DNA of 64,000 nt from Nitrospirota bacterium (GTDB lineage Bacteria > Nitrospirota > UBA9217): assembly GCA_963749655.1 (NCBI GenBank), contig CAVVOB010000014.1, forward strand, positions 54,199-118,198, read 5' to 3'. The notes beneath the pieces were generated by a model that did no database searches, was not told where the DNA came from, and saw only the letters and a program-made list of their open reading frames with translations. Shown piece after piece: positions 9,435-18,961 of the stretch; positions within the stretch are counted from its first letter, which is position 1, and every line of letters starts with the position of its first letter. The translations under genes and the position numbers were made by a program.

Positions 9435-12400
9435 CTATGCCTTCTCGATGTTGACGAGGAAGGATTTGAACTCCGGTGTCTGCACGTTGGCATCTCCGAC
9501 GAACGGCGTCAGGGTGTTGGCGATGTAGCCGTTCTTGGCAATGCCCTTAAAACCCCAGTGGATCGGGATGCCTACATGATGAACGGTCTTGCCGTTCACC
9601 TGGAGCGACATAAGCCGCTTGGTCACCAGCGCCTTTGCCTTGACGAAGCCCCGCATGGACCACACCTTGATGAGGTCGCCGTGCTTGATGCCCTTCTCTT
9701 TGGCCAGCTCCTCGCCGATCTCCACGAACTGCTCGGGCTGCAGGATGGACGAGAGCTGCGTATGTTTCGTCCAGAAGTGGAAGTGCTCGGTCAGACGGTA
9801 CGTGGTGGCCGCATAAGGATAGTCCTTGCTCTTGCCGAGCATTTCCAGATCGTCCTTGAACACCCGCGCAGCCGGGTTGCTGATCACCTTGGGATGGAGC
9901 GGGTTCGTGTCGATGGGCGTCTCGAAAGGCTCATAATGCTCGGCGAACGGACCTTCCGCCATCTTATCCACGGCAAACAGCCTCGCCACGCCTTCGGGGT
10001 TCATGATGAAGGGGTTCATGGGATCGCCGGGCGGGACATCCGGTTTGAAGTCCGGCACGTCCACGCCGCCCCAGGCGGTCCCGTTCCAGCTGATGAGCTT
10101 CCGCTTCGGGTCCCACGGTTTCCCGGACGGGTCGTTCGAGGCGCGGTTGTACAGGATGCGCCGGTTGGCGGGCCAGGAGAACGCCCAGTTCAGCGTGTTG
10201 CCCAGGCCGGAGGGGTCCGAGTTGTCCCGCCGCGCCATCATGTTGCCCTTTTCCGTCCAGGAGCCCGAGAACAACCAGCAGCCGCAGCTGGTTGTGCCGT
10301 CGTCCCTGAGCTGGGCAAAGCCGTCCAGCTGCTGCCCCTTCTTTACGAGGACCTTTGTCTTGTCCTTGGGATCGGTTACGTCCTCCAGCGCCTTGCCGTT
10401 GTACTCCATCGCCAACTCCTCGGGCGCAGGCGAAAGCGGGATCTTATGGTTCCAGGTAAGGTTCAGGATCGGGTCGGGGAACGCGCCTCCCTCTTTTTTA
10501 TAAAGCTCGCGCAGCTTCAGGAAGATGCCGGCGATGATGTCGGCATCGACCTTTGCTTCTCCCGGAGGATTGGCGCCCTTGTAGTGCCACTGCAGCCAGC
10601 GGCCGGAGTTGGTGAGCGACCCGTTCTCTTCGGCGAAGCAGGTCGAGGGGAGCCTGAACACTTCGGTCTGGATCTTGGCTGGGTCCACGTTGTTGTGCTC
10701 GCCGTGGTTCTCCCAGAAGCACGAGGTTTCCGTTGCCAGGGGATCGATCACGACCAGGTACTTGAGCTTGGCCAGGGACCCGCCTACCTTGGCCTTGCAG
10801 GGGAAGGCTGCGAGGGGGTTAAAGCCCTGACAGAAGTAGCCGTTTACTTTCCCCTGGTTCATCAGCTCGAAGGTCTGGAGCACGTCGTATCCCTTGTCCA
10901 GCTTCGGTAGCCAGTCGAAGCACCAGTTGTTCTTTTTCGTTGCAGCATCGCCGAACCAGGCCTTCATCAGGCTGACATGGAACTTTTCGTAATTCTGCCA
11001 ATAGGACATCTGGCCTGGGCGCAGGGGCTTGAAGGCCCGTTTGCTGATATAGGTCTGGTAGTCTGTTTCTTTTTCGCCGGGAAGGGTGAGGTAGCCCGGC
11101 AAGAGGTTCGACAGGAGGCCAAGGTCAGTGAGACCCTGGATATTGGAGTGGCCCCTGAGCGCGTTCATGCCTCCGCCTGCCATGCCGATGTTGCCGAGCA
11201 GGAGCTGCATCATTGCCGCAGTGCGGATCATCTGCGAGCCCACGGAGTGTTGGGTCCAGCCCAGTGCGTACATGATGGTCAAGGTCCTGTCCGGCACCGA
11301 CGTGGTTGCGATGATTTCTGCCACCTTGAGGAAGGTTTCCTTGGGCGTGCCGCAGATATTGCTCACCGCTTCCGGCGTGTACCGGACATAGTGTTTCTTC
11401 AGCAGTTGGAACACGCATCGGGGATGTTTGAGGGTGGGGTCGACCTTTGCAAAGCCGTCAGCACCCATTTCGTACATCCAGCTTGCTTTATCATAGGACC
11501 GTTTTTCGGCGTTGTAACCGGAGAACAAGCCGTCATCGAAATGATAATCCTCGCGCACGATGAAGCTTGCGTCCGTGTAGGATTTCACGTATTCGTGCTG
11601 GATTTTGTCGCTACTGAGAAGGTAGTTGACCAGGCCGCCCAGGAAGGCGATGTCCGTGCCCGTGCGGAGGGGTGCATAAAGGTCTGCAATCGCCGCCGAA
11701 CGGGTGAAGCGGGGGTCTACTACGATGAATGTGGCTTTGTTATGGGCCTTGGCCTCGGTCACCCATTTGAAGCCGCAGGGGTGGGCCTCGGCGGCGTTCC
11801 CGCCCATGACGAGGATGACGTTGGCGTTCTTGATGTCAACCCAGTGGTTGGTCATCGCGCCGCGGCCGAACGTAGGGGCCAAACTGGCCACCGTGGGGCC
11901 GTGTCAAACTCGTGCCTGATTGTCGAAGGCCAGGATGCCGGTGCTGCGGACCGCCTTGTGGGTGATGTAGCCGGTTTCGTTGCTCGACGCGGAGGCTGCC
12001 AAAAATCCCGTGGTCAGCCAGCGGTTGACCGTGGCGCCGGCGGCGTTCTTCTTGATGAAGTTCTTGTCCCGGTCGTCTTTCATCAGGCGCGCGATCTTGC
12101 TGAAGGCTTCGTCCCAGGTTATGCGCTTCCATTCATTCGTCCCGGGGGCTCGGTATTCCGGGTATTTGAGCCGGTTCGGGCTGTGAACAAAGTCCACCAG
12201 CCCTGCGCCCTTCGGGCAGAGGGTGCCGCGGTTCACGGGATGGTCCGGGTCGCCCTCGATGTGAAAGATCGATGACTCGGCGTTCTTCGCCCTGTCCCCC
12301 ATGCTGTGCATGATCAGGCCGCAGCTCACCGAGCAGTAGGGGCAGGTATTGCGGGTCTCGGTGCTGCGGGTAAGCTTGAACTCGCGCACCTCAGCCTCCG

Positions 12401-12497
12401 CCTCGCGCGGGGAAAAGCCGAGGGCCGCAACGCTGGAAGCCCCCAGTCCTGCGGCAGAAACCTTGAAAAACTGTCTCCGTGTCACCTGCATTTTCAT
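9435..12497 (-). CDS. fdnG: selenocysteine-containing formate dehydrogenase catalytic (alpha) subunit with Tat signal
   Basis: ORFs 11904..12497 and 9435..11891 are one frame, joined by TGA at 11904-11906. The context [28 protein letters not shown] is the FdnG/FdoG selenocysteine site. Tat signal TRRQFFK. Confidence 0.9.
11868..11906 (-). other. UGA selenocysteine codon plus candidate SECIS hairpin
   Basis: UGA at 11906-11904 on the mRNA strand. Immediately 3' lies CACGGCCCCACGGUGGCCAGUUUGGCCCCUACG, which can form an apical GGCC-AGUUU-GGCC hairpin at the distance expected for a bacterial SECIS. Confidence 0.6.
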
Positions 12498-12619
12498 ACC
12501 TCCAGGGTTTGCATAAATGGCAATATTATTAATGTGGTGTAGATTTTCGGCGTGTGCCTTTTTCCCGGGTCCGATCGGCAGATGCGCCCTCCCGGTTCCG
12601 ATGAAAACAGTATAAAAAA

Positions 12620-12648
12620 ACCATAGCGCGCTGAAAATGCGATGTCAA
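12620..12648 (-). promoter_or_regulatory. candidate sigma70 promoter of the fdn operon
   Basis: Reverse complement reads TTGACA-N17-TATGGT. This leaves a ~115-nt leader before the fdnG ATG. Confidence 0.45.
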
Positions 12649-12757
12649 ATTTCGTCATACTTTTTTATGCCAACCAAAGTAGCATTGGCTGCACTATATA
12701 TCGGAAGAGAACAAAAAATTTTATCCGATCGGACAAGCCGGGACCAAATACATTGAA

Positions 12758-12852
12758 CTGCGAGGGCGCAAAGGTCGAGAGGAAGGCAAAGACTTCTTTG
12801 GCAAGATCCACGATCTACGCGCTTTCCTCGCGGCCCTCGCGGCTTTGCGGCA
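12758..12852. repeat. palindromic heptad-repeat intergenic element
   Basis: CTGCGAGGGCGCAAAGG... faces ...CCTCGCGGCCCTCGCGGCTTTGCGGCAG. Same architecture as the elements at 23.5, 24.8, 25.5, 36.1, 62.5 and 63.9 kb. Confidence 0.6.
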
Positions 12853-12935
12853 GAAACCCTCTATCTTTTAAAACGAATATATTTTTACCGGACCAAAAGG
12901 GTTGGACAGTATTTTTTCCGCTGCGCGAAAAGGCC

Positions 12936-14639
12936 TTATTGTTTCGATGATGCGGGGAAATAGAGAGTAAAGGAGGTTCCTGTTCCCAACGTGCTGTCAA
13001 CGTCGATGAATCCGCCGTGCCCTTCGACGACCTTCTTGGTGATCGAAAGTCCGAGCCCCGTTCCCTTCAGGATCAGCTTGGTCGTGAAAAAGGGCTCGAA
13101 GATCCTGTTTAAATTCTCCGCTGAGATCCCGGATCCCGTGTCCTGCACGGTTACCGCCGCATAGGTCCTTCCGCGCACCTGCTCCGGGTGCGTGCTGATC
13201 GTGAGCGTGCCGCCGCCGGTCATCGCGTCGACGGCATTGGAAAGAAGATTTTCCACGGCCTGCAGCATCTGCTCCCTGTTGCCGGCAACGGCGGGAACGT
13301 CGCCAGCCCTGCTTATAACTGCTACGGACCGCTCCCTGCAGACATCCTCGTACATGATCAGCGCCTTCTCGACGATCTCTCGCAGGCTGCATGCCATCCG
13401 CACGTCGGCGTCCCTGCGCGAAAAGAGCAGGACGTTCTGCAGGACGTTTTCCAGCCGGACGGACTCCTCGAAAATGAGGCCCGCGTATTTCTTCTCCTTG
13501 GTGCCCTCCGGCATCATGTCGAAGAGCCTGTTCGCGAACCCGCCGATCGCCATCAACGGGTTTTTGATCGTATGGGACACGTTCGCCGCTATGCGGCCCA
13601 GGGCCGCGAGTCTTTCCGATTCGATCAATTGCTCCCTGAGCCGGTTCTTCTCCACTTCGGCCTGGCGGCGCACGATGAGGCCGGCAAGAGCATTGGCGAT
13701 GGCGACGAGAAACTCCTCCTCTTCAGAAAGGCGCTGGTGGCTGCCCGCTACCGCCACGTTGATGATGCCCAGCGCTTGATCGCCAAACAGGATCGGCACG
13801 CAATACAACCCTCCCGCGACTGAAGCCGTATACGTATACTGGATTTCCCGCGGAATTTCGAGACAACTCGTAGCCACGATCTGGCAGGATTCCTCGTCGT
13901 GCGGGGACATGCCCTGACCGAGAGGCACGGTCTTGCAGGAGGCCACCTGGGCCACGGTAAACCCGTGCATGGCCCTGAGCATAAGCACCCCGGGGGCCTG
14001 CTCGGCAAGATAGATGCTTCCCCGTGCGCGCATCGCAAAGCTCGGGATGGTCAGGACCAGATCGAGGACGCGGCTCAACTGCTCGTCAAGGGTATCGGGC
14101 TCAAGGGATATCCGGAGCACGGAGCTGACGGCTTTCTGGATCCGGTAGTTGAGATCGATCGAGAGCTCGATGTTCTTTCGCTGCGAAACGTCCCGGACCA
14201 CGGCCATGGCTACGATCTCGCCGGCTGCCGGCAGGTAGCTCAGACTGATATCAAGGGAAAATTCCGTGCCGTCCTTTCTCAAGCCGAACAGGTCGAGCCC
14301 GCTCCCCATGGGCCGGATGTGGGGATCGGCCATGAAATCCGACACATGACCGCGATGACGGGCGCGGAAACGCTCCGGCATCAGGGTTTCCACGCTCTTC
14401 CCGAGCAATTCTTCCTTCCGGTAGCCGAACAAGGCCTCGAGCTGAGCATTGACTTGTACTATTTTGCCCCGGCGATCGATGAGCACCAGCCCGTTCGGGA
14501 GCGACTGCAGGACGCGGTCGTACTGTTCCAGCGACGGAATGAATTCAGGATCGCCCCGCCCCTCGGTCCGTACGCGGCCCCGACCTGCGTACTCCCGCTC
14601 TTCGGTATAATATTCCAAGTCTTTTCGCCGTGCCTTCAT
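12936..14639 (-). CDS. PAS-GAF sensor histidine kinase
   Basis: ATG at 14637-14639. PAS region (LIDRRGKIVQVNAQLEALFGY). H-box RLAALGRIAANVSHTIKNP. N, G1 and G2 boxes (LLSNAVDAM, DTGSGI, GTGLGLSI). Confidence 0.85.
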   Translation of the reverse strand: MKARRKDLEYYTEEREYAGRGRVRTEGRGDPEFIPSLEQYDRVLQSLPNGLVLIDRRGKIVQVNAQLEALFGYRKEELLGKSVETLMPERFRARHRGHVSDFMADPHIRPMGSGLDLFGLRKDGTEFSLDISLSYLPAAGEIVAMAVVRDVSQRKNIELSIDLNYRIQKAVSSVLRISLEPDTLDEQLSRVLDLVLTIPSFAMRARGSIYLAEQAPGVLMLRAMHGFTVAQVASCKTVPLGQGMSPHDEESCQIVATSCLEIPREIQYTYTASVAGGLYCVPILFGDQALGIINVAVAGSHQRLSEEEEFLVAIANALAGLIVRRQAEVEKNRLREQLIESERLAALGRIAANVSHTIKNPLMAIGGFANRLFDMMPEGTKEKKYAGLIFEESVRLENVLQNVLLFSRRDADVRMACSLREIVEKALIMYEDVCRERSVAVISRAGDVPAVAGNREQMLQAVENLLSNAVDAMTGGGTLTISTHPEQVRGRTYAAVTVQDTGSGISAENLNRIFEPFFTTKLILKGTGLGLSITKKVVEGHGGFIDVDSTLGTGTSFTLYFPASSKQ

Positions 14640-14827
14640 TGTTCCTGACCCGCTCCCGCGCCCGAACAGCCCCTGACCATAATTTACCACCTTTTTGGTC
14701 CTCTTTAACCACCATCCCGACACTCTTTCCGCTTCATTGTGAAAAAAAAAGAGCGGGACCGGATCATGTCCGGCCCCGCTCTGCAATGTCGAATAGAGAT
14801 CGGCCTGTAGCGCGTCGGTTCGACGGT

Positions 14828-15301
14828 CTACTTCAGTTCCCCGCGGATCTCCCCGCTCGGATACTTGTCCGTATGAACGTTCACGTAGGCGTCGCCGTCC
14901 TTGATCATCTTCAGAAGATCGTCAACCGTTTTCCCGGCAAGGGGGCCGACCAGGTCCTTATCCGTAATGGTTCCTTTTGCCAGCAATCCGCTGAACTTCC
15001 CTTCCTTCTTCGGCCCTGCAAAAAGTCCGACTACCGGCGGGCCTTCCACGCCTCTTTTGCCTGCATGGATATGGGCTGCCTTGGCATCTGCCAGATTTTT
15101 CACCTTGAGCTCATAAGTCAGCTCCTTGCCGTCCTTGCTCAGGGTAAGGATCTCCTCGCCGCTTGCCTTCGTCTTCACTGCCGGAACTTCCTCCTTGCCC
15201 GTCAATTTGGTCTTGAAATGACCGCCTGCTGCAGCCATTCCGAGCGACGTGGTAACGATTACCGCAAATAGGGCAAATAGCACTGCTTTAATGGTTTTCA
15301 T
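14828..15301 (-). CDS. secreted CHRD domain protein
   Basis: ATG 15299-15301 behind AAGGAGG. Signal peptide MKTIKAVLFALFAVIVTTSLGMAAA. AHIHAGKRGVEGPPV and YVNVHT are typical of CHRD. Confidence 0.7.
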   Translation of the reverse strand: MKTIKAVLFALFAVIVTTSLGMAAAGGHFKTKLTGKEEVPAVKTKASGEEILTLSKDGKELTYELKVKNLADAKAAHIHAGKRGVEGPPVVGLFAGPKKEGKFSGLLAKGTITDKDLVGPLAGKTVDDLLKMIKDGDAYVNVHTDKYPSGEIRGELK

Positions 15302-15419
15302 ATGATGTTCCTCCTTCATGGCAGAACGTACACTCCTGACGAATGCACTAAAACCCGCTGACCGCGCCGACGTCACGCGACTTTTTTCCGTCTTCGTCAA
15401 AAGTGGATATTCTGTTCTA

Positions 15420-15447
15420 ACTATATCTCGCCAGAAAATCATGTCAA
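15420..15447 (-). promoter_or_regulatory. candidate sigma70 promoter of the CHRD gene
   Basis: Reverse complement reads TTGACA-N16-TATAGT. It is divergent from P2. Confidence 0.4.
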
Positions 15448-15494
15448 GTTTGTCCTGTTTTGGTCGGATACAAAAGGCTTAGATGGCCATCCCT

Positions 15495-15550
15495 CTCCCC
15501 CAAAAATACCCTGTCGATTTTCTTGACAAAATCATCACTGTCTATATAAT
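15495..15550 (+). promoter_or_regulatory. sigma70-type promoter P2 with upstream TACCC direct repeat
   Basis: CTCCCCCAAAAATACCC (15495-15511), then N11, TTGACA (15523-15528), N16 and TATAAT (15545-15550). Confidence 0.6.
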
Positions 15551-15737
15551 CGAGGCAGTTCGATTTAATGATCGTTTCCTCACCGTATAGGTCCAACGGG
15601 ACCGCGCCCGGCTTCGCGACAATCTCCGTCGCAGGTCCCGTATCTTTTCTGAAGTGCATCCTGTTCCCCTCAGCGTGCGTCTAACTCGCCATAAACAGCA
15701 ATGCGCGCTTGCGCGCTACTCGACAGGAGAACATCGC

Positions 15738-16223
15738 ATGAGGACCGAAAATTATTCACGGCGGGAATTCTTAAAGACCTTCGCGCTGATATCGTCGGCG
15801 CCGCTCCTGGTCAACGTGCTTGCCGCGTGCAGTGATCCCGTGGCCGGTGCCGCATACGGACCCCCGCCGTACACCCAGGTCTCAGTGACCGGAATATACT
15901 TTCTCGACGCGCAGTCACATACCGTGAAGCTTGCGGACAATCAGAACGTGCCTGCCCACACGTCCTTTACCATCCAGTTCAACACTGCGATGAACATGGA
16001 TTCCGTTCTTACCGCGATAACGTTCGTTGACTCAGGCAACACTCCTGTTGCATTTGCCGCACTTGCGCAGGACGAGCGGACCATGGGGCTGACTCCGTCT
16101 GCCGATCTCGCGCACAACAGCACCTATACGCTGAGTGTGAACAATAACGCCGTGGATGCGAGTGGGAACTCACGGCTTCTTGTTGACGCGAATGCAACGG
16201 CAACGTTCAAGACCGGGGTCTGA
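15738..16223 (+). CDS. Tat-signal lipoprotein with a single Ig-like (SbsA/Big_5-type) domain, paralog A
   Basis: ATG 15738 behind AGGAGA. Consensus twin-arginine motif SRREFLK. Lipobox VLAACS. Its Ig-like region aligns with paralog B (HTSFTIQFNTAMNMDSV, YTLSVNNNA, ATFKTG). Confidence 0.75.
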   Translation: MRTENYSRREFLKTFALISSAPLLVNVLAACSDPVAGAAYGPPPYTQVSVTGIYFLDAQSHTVKLADNQNVPAHTSFTIQFNTAMNMDSVLTAITFVDSGNTPVAFAALAQDERTMGLTPSADLAHNSTYTLSVNNNAVDASGNSRLLVDANATATFKTGV

Positions 16224-16355
16224 AAGGACGGCGAGAGAAAACGTGTTGGTGTCTGCGACATCTGCGTAATCTGCGGAACAATATTTTCATGTTTTTCTGC
16301 AGTCCGCCGGCGCAAAAGTGACGTTGTTCAAATCGAACAGGGAGAGGCGATACCC

Positions 16356-17462
16356 GTGAACTCCATCGAGAAAAAAGTGCAGGCCCTTGAATCCTTCATC
16401 GAGCGCAAGGAGCAGCTCAAGAAGGACACTTCCCTGCGCTATCTTTTCTGGGAATCCACGCTCCGCTGCAATCTGAGCTGCCTCCACTGCGGCAGCGACT
16501 GCGTCCGCGACGACGCGAGCCAGGCAGCCGAGCTCGACGGGGAGACGATCAAACGCGAGCTCCACTCCATCGCCGGCCATTACGATCCGCGCCTGTGCAC
16601 CTTTGCGATCATCGGGGGCGAACCCCTTCTGCGCGACGACATCATCGGCGTGGGGGCCTTTGCAGCGGAGCTGGGATACAACTGGGGCATCACGACGAAC
16701 GGCATGCTCCTGAGCCGCGACAAGATCAGGCAGTTGAAGGACGCGAAGCTCCGGACGATCTCGGTGAGCCTGGACGGCCTTCCGTCTGACCATGACCGTC
16801 TGCGCTCCTGCAATGGCTCCTGGGATATCGTCACAACGGCGATCAAAAACCTTCTGGCGGACCGGTTCTTCTCCGTCTTCGACGTCATTTGCTGCGTCAG
16901 CAAGATCAACATCAACCGGCTCGGACCTTTTGTCGAAAGCCTGATCCAACTCGGCGTCCCGGCGGTCCGGTTCACACCCGTGTTCTCCCGCGGCAGAGCG
17001 GGCAGGAACAGGGACCTCATGCTGAGCAAAGATGATTACCAGAAACTGCTCCGCTTCATCGCGGAGCAGCGCGCGAAGCAGTCCGCGATTCGGATCACCC
17101 TGAGCGAGGAAGGTTACTGGGGCCCGGAATGGGAATGCGTGGTGCGCGATGAATTCCACTATTGCGGGTCGGGGATCATGATCGGCTCCATCCTGCACGA
17201 CGGCCGCGTCACCGGCTGCCCAAGCGTTTCCCGGAAGTTCATCGAGGGAAACATCAGGGAAACTCCCTTCGTGGATGTCTGGAAAAACCGCTTCACCAGG
17301 TACCGGAAGGACCGCAAGGAAACCTTCTCCGGTCTCTGCGGAAACTGCGAGCACTGGGACCTCTGCGAAGGCGGCGGGTTCCATCTTCTGGACCAGGACA
17401 ATGCCGCAGAGAGCTTTTGCTGCCTTGAAAAAATCGGCCAAAGGAGAAGATCGCATGAATAG
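16356..17462 (+). CDS. radical SAM enzyme with C-terminal SPASM/twitch Cys cluster
   Basis: GTG start behind GGGAGAGG. Radical SAM motif CNLSCLHC (Cx3Cx2C). C-terminal cysteines: YCGSG, GCPS, CGNCEHWDLCEGG, CC. Confidence 0.85.
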   Translation: MNSIEKKVQALESFIERKEQLKKDTSLRYLFWESTLRCNLSCLHCGSDCVRDDASQAAELDGETIKRELHSIAGHYDPRLCTFAIIGGEPLLRDDIIGVGAFAAELGYNWGITTNGMLLSRDKIRQLKDAKLRTISVSLDGLPSDHDRLRSCNGSWDIVTTAIKNLLADRFFSVFDVICCVSKININRLGPFVESLIQLGVPAVRFTPVFSRGRAGRNRDLMLSKDDYQKLLRFIAEQRAKQSAIRITLSEEGYWGPEWECVVRDEFHYCGSGIMIGSILHDGRVTGCPSVSRKFIEGNIRETPFVDVWKNRFTRYRKDRKETFSGLCGNCEHWDLCEGGGFHLLDQDNAAESFCCLEKIGQRRRSHE

Positions 17463-17949
17463 CGAAAATTATTCTCGGCGGGAGTTCCTCAGGACCTTCG
17501 CAATGATGTCGTCGGCGCCGCTCCTCGCAAGCATTCTTTCCGGGTGCGGTTCTTCCACCACCACGAATGAGAACAAAGTAATGTATGGTCCTTCACCTGT
17601 TCAGCCGGTTCTGGTAGTGGTAATGTCTTTCCTCGACGCGCAGTCATCTCCCGTTGAACTGTCGGGCAGCCGGAACGTGCCCGTTCATACGTCCTTTATC
17701 ATCCAGTTCAACACGGCAATGGACATGAATTCCGTCGCAGCGGCAATTTCTTTCGTTGACTCAGGTAGTAGCCCCGTCGTTTTTACTGCAAGCCCGCAGA
17801 GCGACTGGAGCATACAGGTTACCCCTTCTTCTGATCTGGCAAGCAACAGCGATTACACCCTGAGCGTGAATAATAACGCCATGAGCTCCGGCGGCAGCGG
17901 CCTCACGGTTGACGCAAAGTCAACCGCGACGTTCAAGACCGGGGCTTAA
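17455..17949 (+). CDS. Tat-signal lipoprotein with a single Ig-like domain, paralog B
   Basis: ATG 17455 overlaps the radical SAM stop by 8 nt. SRREFLR motif and lipobox ILSGCG. About half of its residues are identical to paralog A. The RBS region is also duplicated (GGAGAAgATCGCATGA versus GGAGAAcATCGCATGA). Confidence 0.75.
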   Translation: MNSENYSRREFLRTFAMMSSAPLLASILSGCGSSTTTNENKVMYGPSPVQPVLVVVMSFLDAQSSPVELSGSRNVPVHTSFIIQFNTAMDMNSVAAAISFVDSGSSPVVFTASPQSDWSIQVTPSSDLASNSDYTLSVNNNAMSSGGSGLTVDAKSTATFKTGA

Positions 17950-17967
17950 GAGGCAAAATCATATTTT

Positions 17968-18312
17968 ATGAAGGCGACCATCATAACGGTCATGCTTGGT
18001 ATACTGCTTTCGCTGCCGGCCCTTCTCTCTGCAGCCGGCGAAACTGCCGTCGAAGCAGCGCCCCCGGTCGAGCTCTTCATCGCCGACTGGTGTCCCAACT
18101 GCCGCAAGGCCATGGACTTTTTGCGCTCGCACGGCATCGAGTTCGTCGCCTATGACGTTGAAAAGAACGAGACGGCCGCTCGCAGGAAGAAGCAGCTCGA
18201 CAAACGCCGGCTGGTGCCTTTTGCGATCATCAACGGAAAAAAAGTCAGCGGGTTTTCCGAGAATGAATACCTGAAGGCGCTGGGGATTAATGAAACTCCT
18301 CAAAAGAGATAA
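17968..18312 (+). CDS. secreted glutaredoxin-like thiol-disulfide protein
   Basis: Signal peptide MKATIITVMLGILLSLPALLSAAG. CPNC active-site motif in a glutaredoxin-sized fold (FIADWCPNCRKAMDFL). Confidence 0.7.
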   Translation: MKATIITVMLGILLSLPALLSAAGETAVEAAPPVELFIADWCPNCRKAMDFLRSHGIEFVAYDVEKNETAARRKKQLDKRRLVPFAIINGKKVSGFSENEYLKALGINETPQKR

Positions 18313-18330
18313 GTCCGCCCTGACTGAAAC

Positions 18331-18356
18331 CTGGATTCCTGCCGTCGCAGGAATGA
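18331..18356. repeat. half copy of the GGAATCCAG/GTCATTCC hairpin element
   Basis: CTGGATTCCTGCCGTCGCAGGAATGA. Related to the full element at 56803-56874. Confidence 0.5.
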
Positions 18357-18440
18357 AAAGCTGATGGTGTACCCCGGCTTGTCACGTATGATTCGTTTTT
18401 GTTTCGTTTTATTGAGGCGAGTCGGTCATTTCAGTGTTTT

Positions 18441-18929
18441 ATGCTAACCGTTCTTATAAGAAAACAGCGTTTCCTGTCCGCACTCTGCGCACTCTCACTC
18501 CTGCTCCTGACCGTGGGAACCGCAGCGGCAGACAGTCTGCGCGCCTTCACGAGCGACGGCTGCAGCCTGTTCCCTGACGGAGAACTGAAGGACCGGGCGC
18601 AGTGGTGTGATTGCTGCCTGATCCATGACATCGCCTACTGGCAGGGCGGCACCAGCGAGGACCGCCAACGGGCCGATGAAGCGCTCCGGAAGTGCGTGAT
18701 CGATCGCACCAAGAGCGAAGCCCTGGCGGACCTGATGTACGACGGGGTCCGGGCAGGCGGGCACCCTGCTTTCCCCACCTGGTATCGCTGGGCATACGGA
18801 TGGCCGTATGGCAGGGGATACAAACAGCTGACTGAACAGGAACAGACGCAGGTCCGGGAGAAGATCGATGCCTATCAACGCGATCATCCTGATGGGTATT
18901 GCATCGAGCAGCACAAAACGACAAAGTAA
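18441..18929 (+). CDS. secreted protein with a PLA2-like CC-x2-HD-x2-Y motif
   Basis: ATG 18441. Signal peptide ...LLLLTVGTAAA. CDCCLIHDIAYWQGG resembles the phospholipase A2 catalytic His-Asp/Tyr signature. The family assignment rests on this motif only. Confidence 0.5.
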   Translation: MLTVLIRKQRFLSALCALSLLLLTVGTAAADSLRAFTSDGCSLFPDGELKDRAQWCDCCLIHDIAYWQGGTSEDRQRADEALRKCVIDRTKSEALADLMYDGVRAGGHPAFPTWYRWAYGWPYGRGYKQLTEQEQTQVREKIDAYQRDHPDGYCIEQHKTTK

Positions 18930-18961
18930 CGGGCGGCCTGTCAACCGCAGGAGGAAAAAGA

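Noticed and set aside
8501-12275. Long plus-strand ORFs (8501..9454, 9423..10910, 10977..12275) opposite the fdn genes.
   Set aside because: They are antisense to genes with unmistakable FdnG/FdnH/FdnI homology. They are Arg/Gly/Ala-rich and lack RBSs, which is a typical high-G+C antisense artefact.
15444-15659. A 71-aa minus-strand ORF in the CHRD/Tat-lipoprotein intergenic region.
   Set aside because: It spans promoter P2 and the divergent CHRD promoter. It has no RBS or signal features, so it is more likely non-coding.
16287-17456. A 389-aa minus-strand ORF.
   Set aside because: It is antisense to the radical SAM gene, which has the Cx3Cx2C and SPASM motifs. No motifs of its own are visible.
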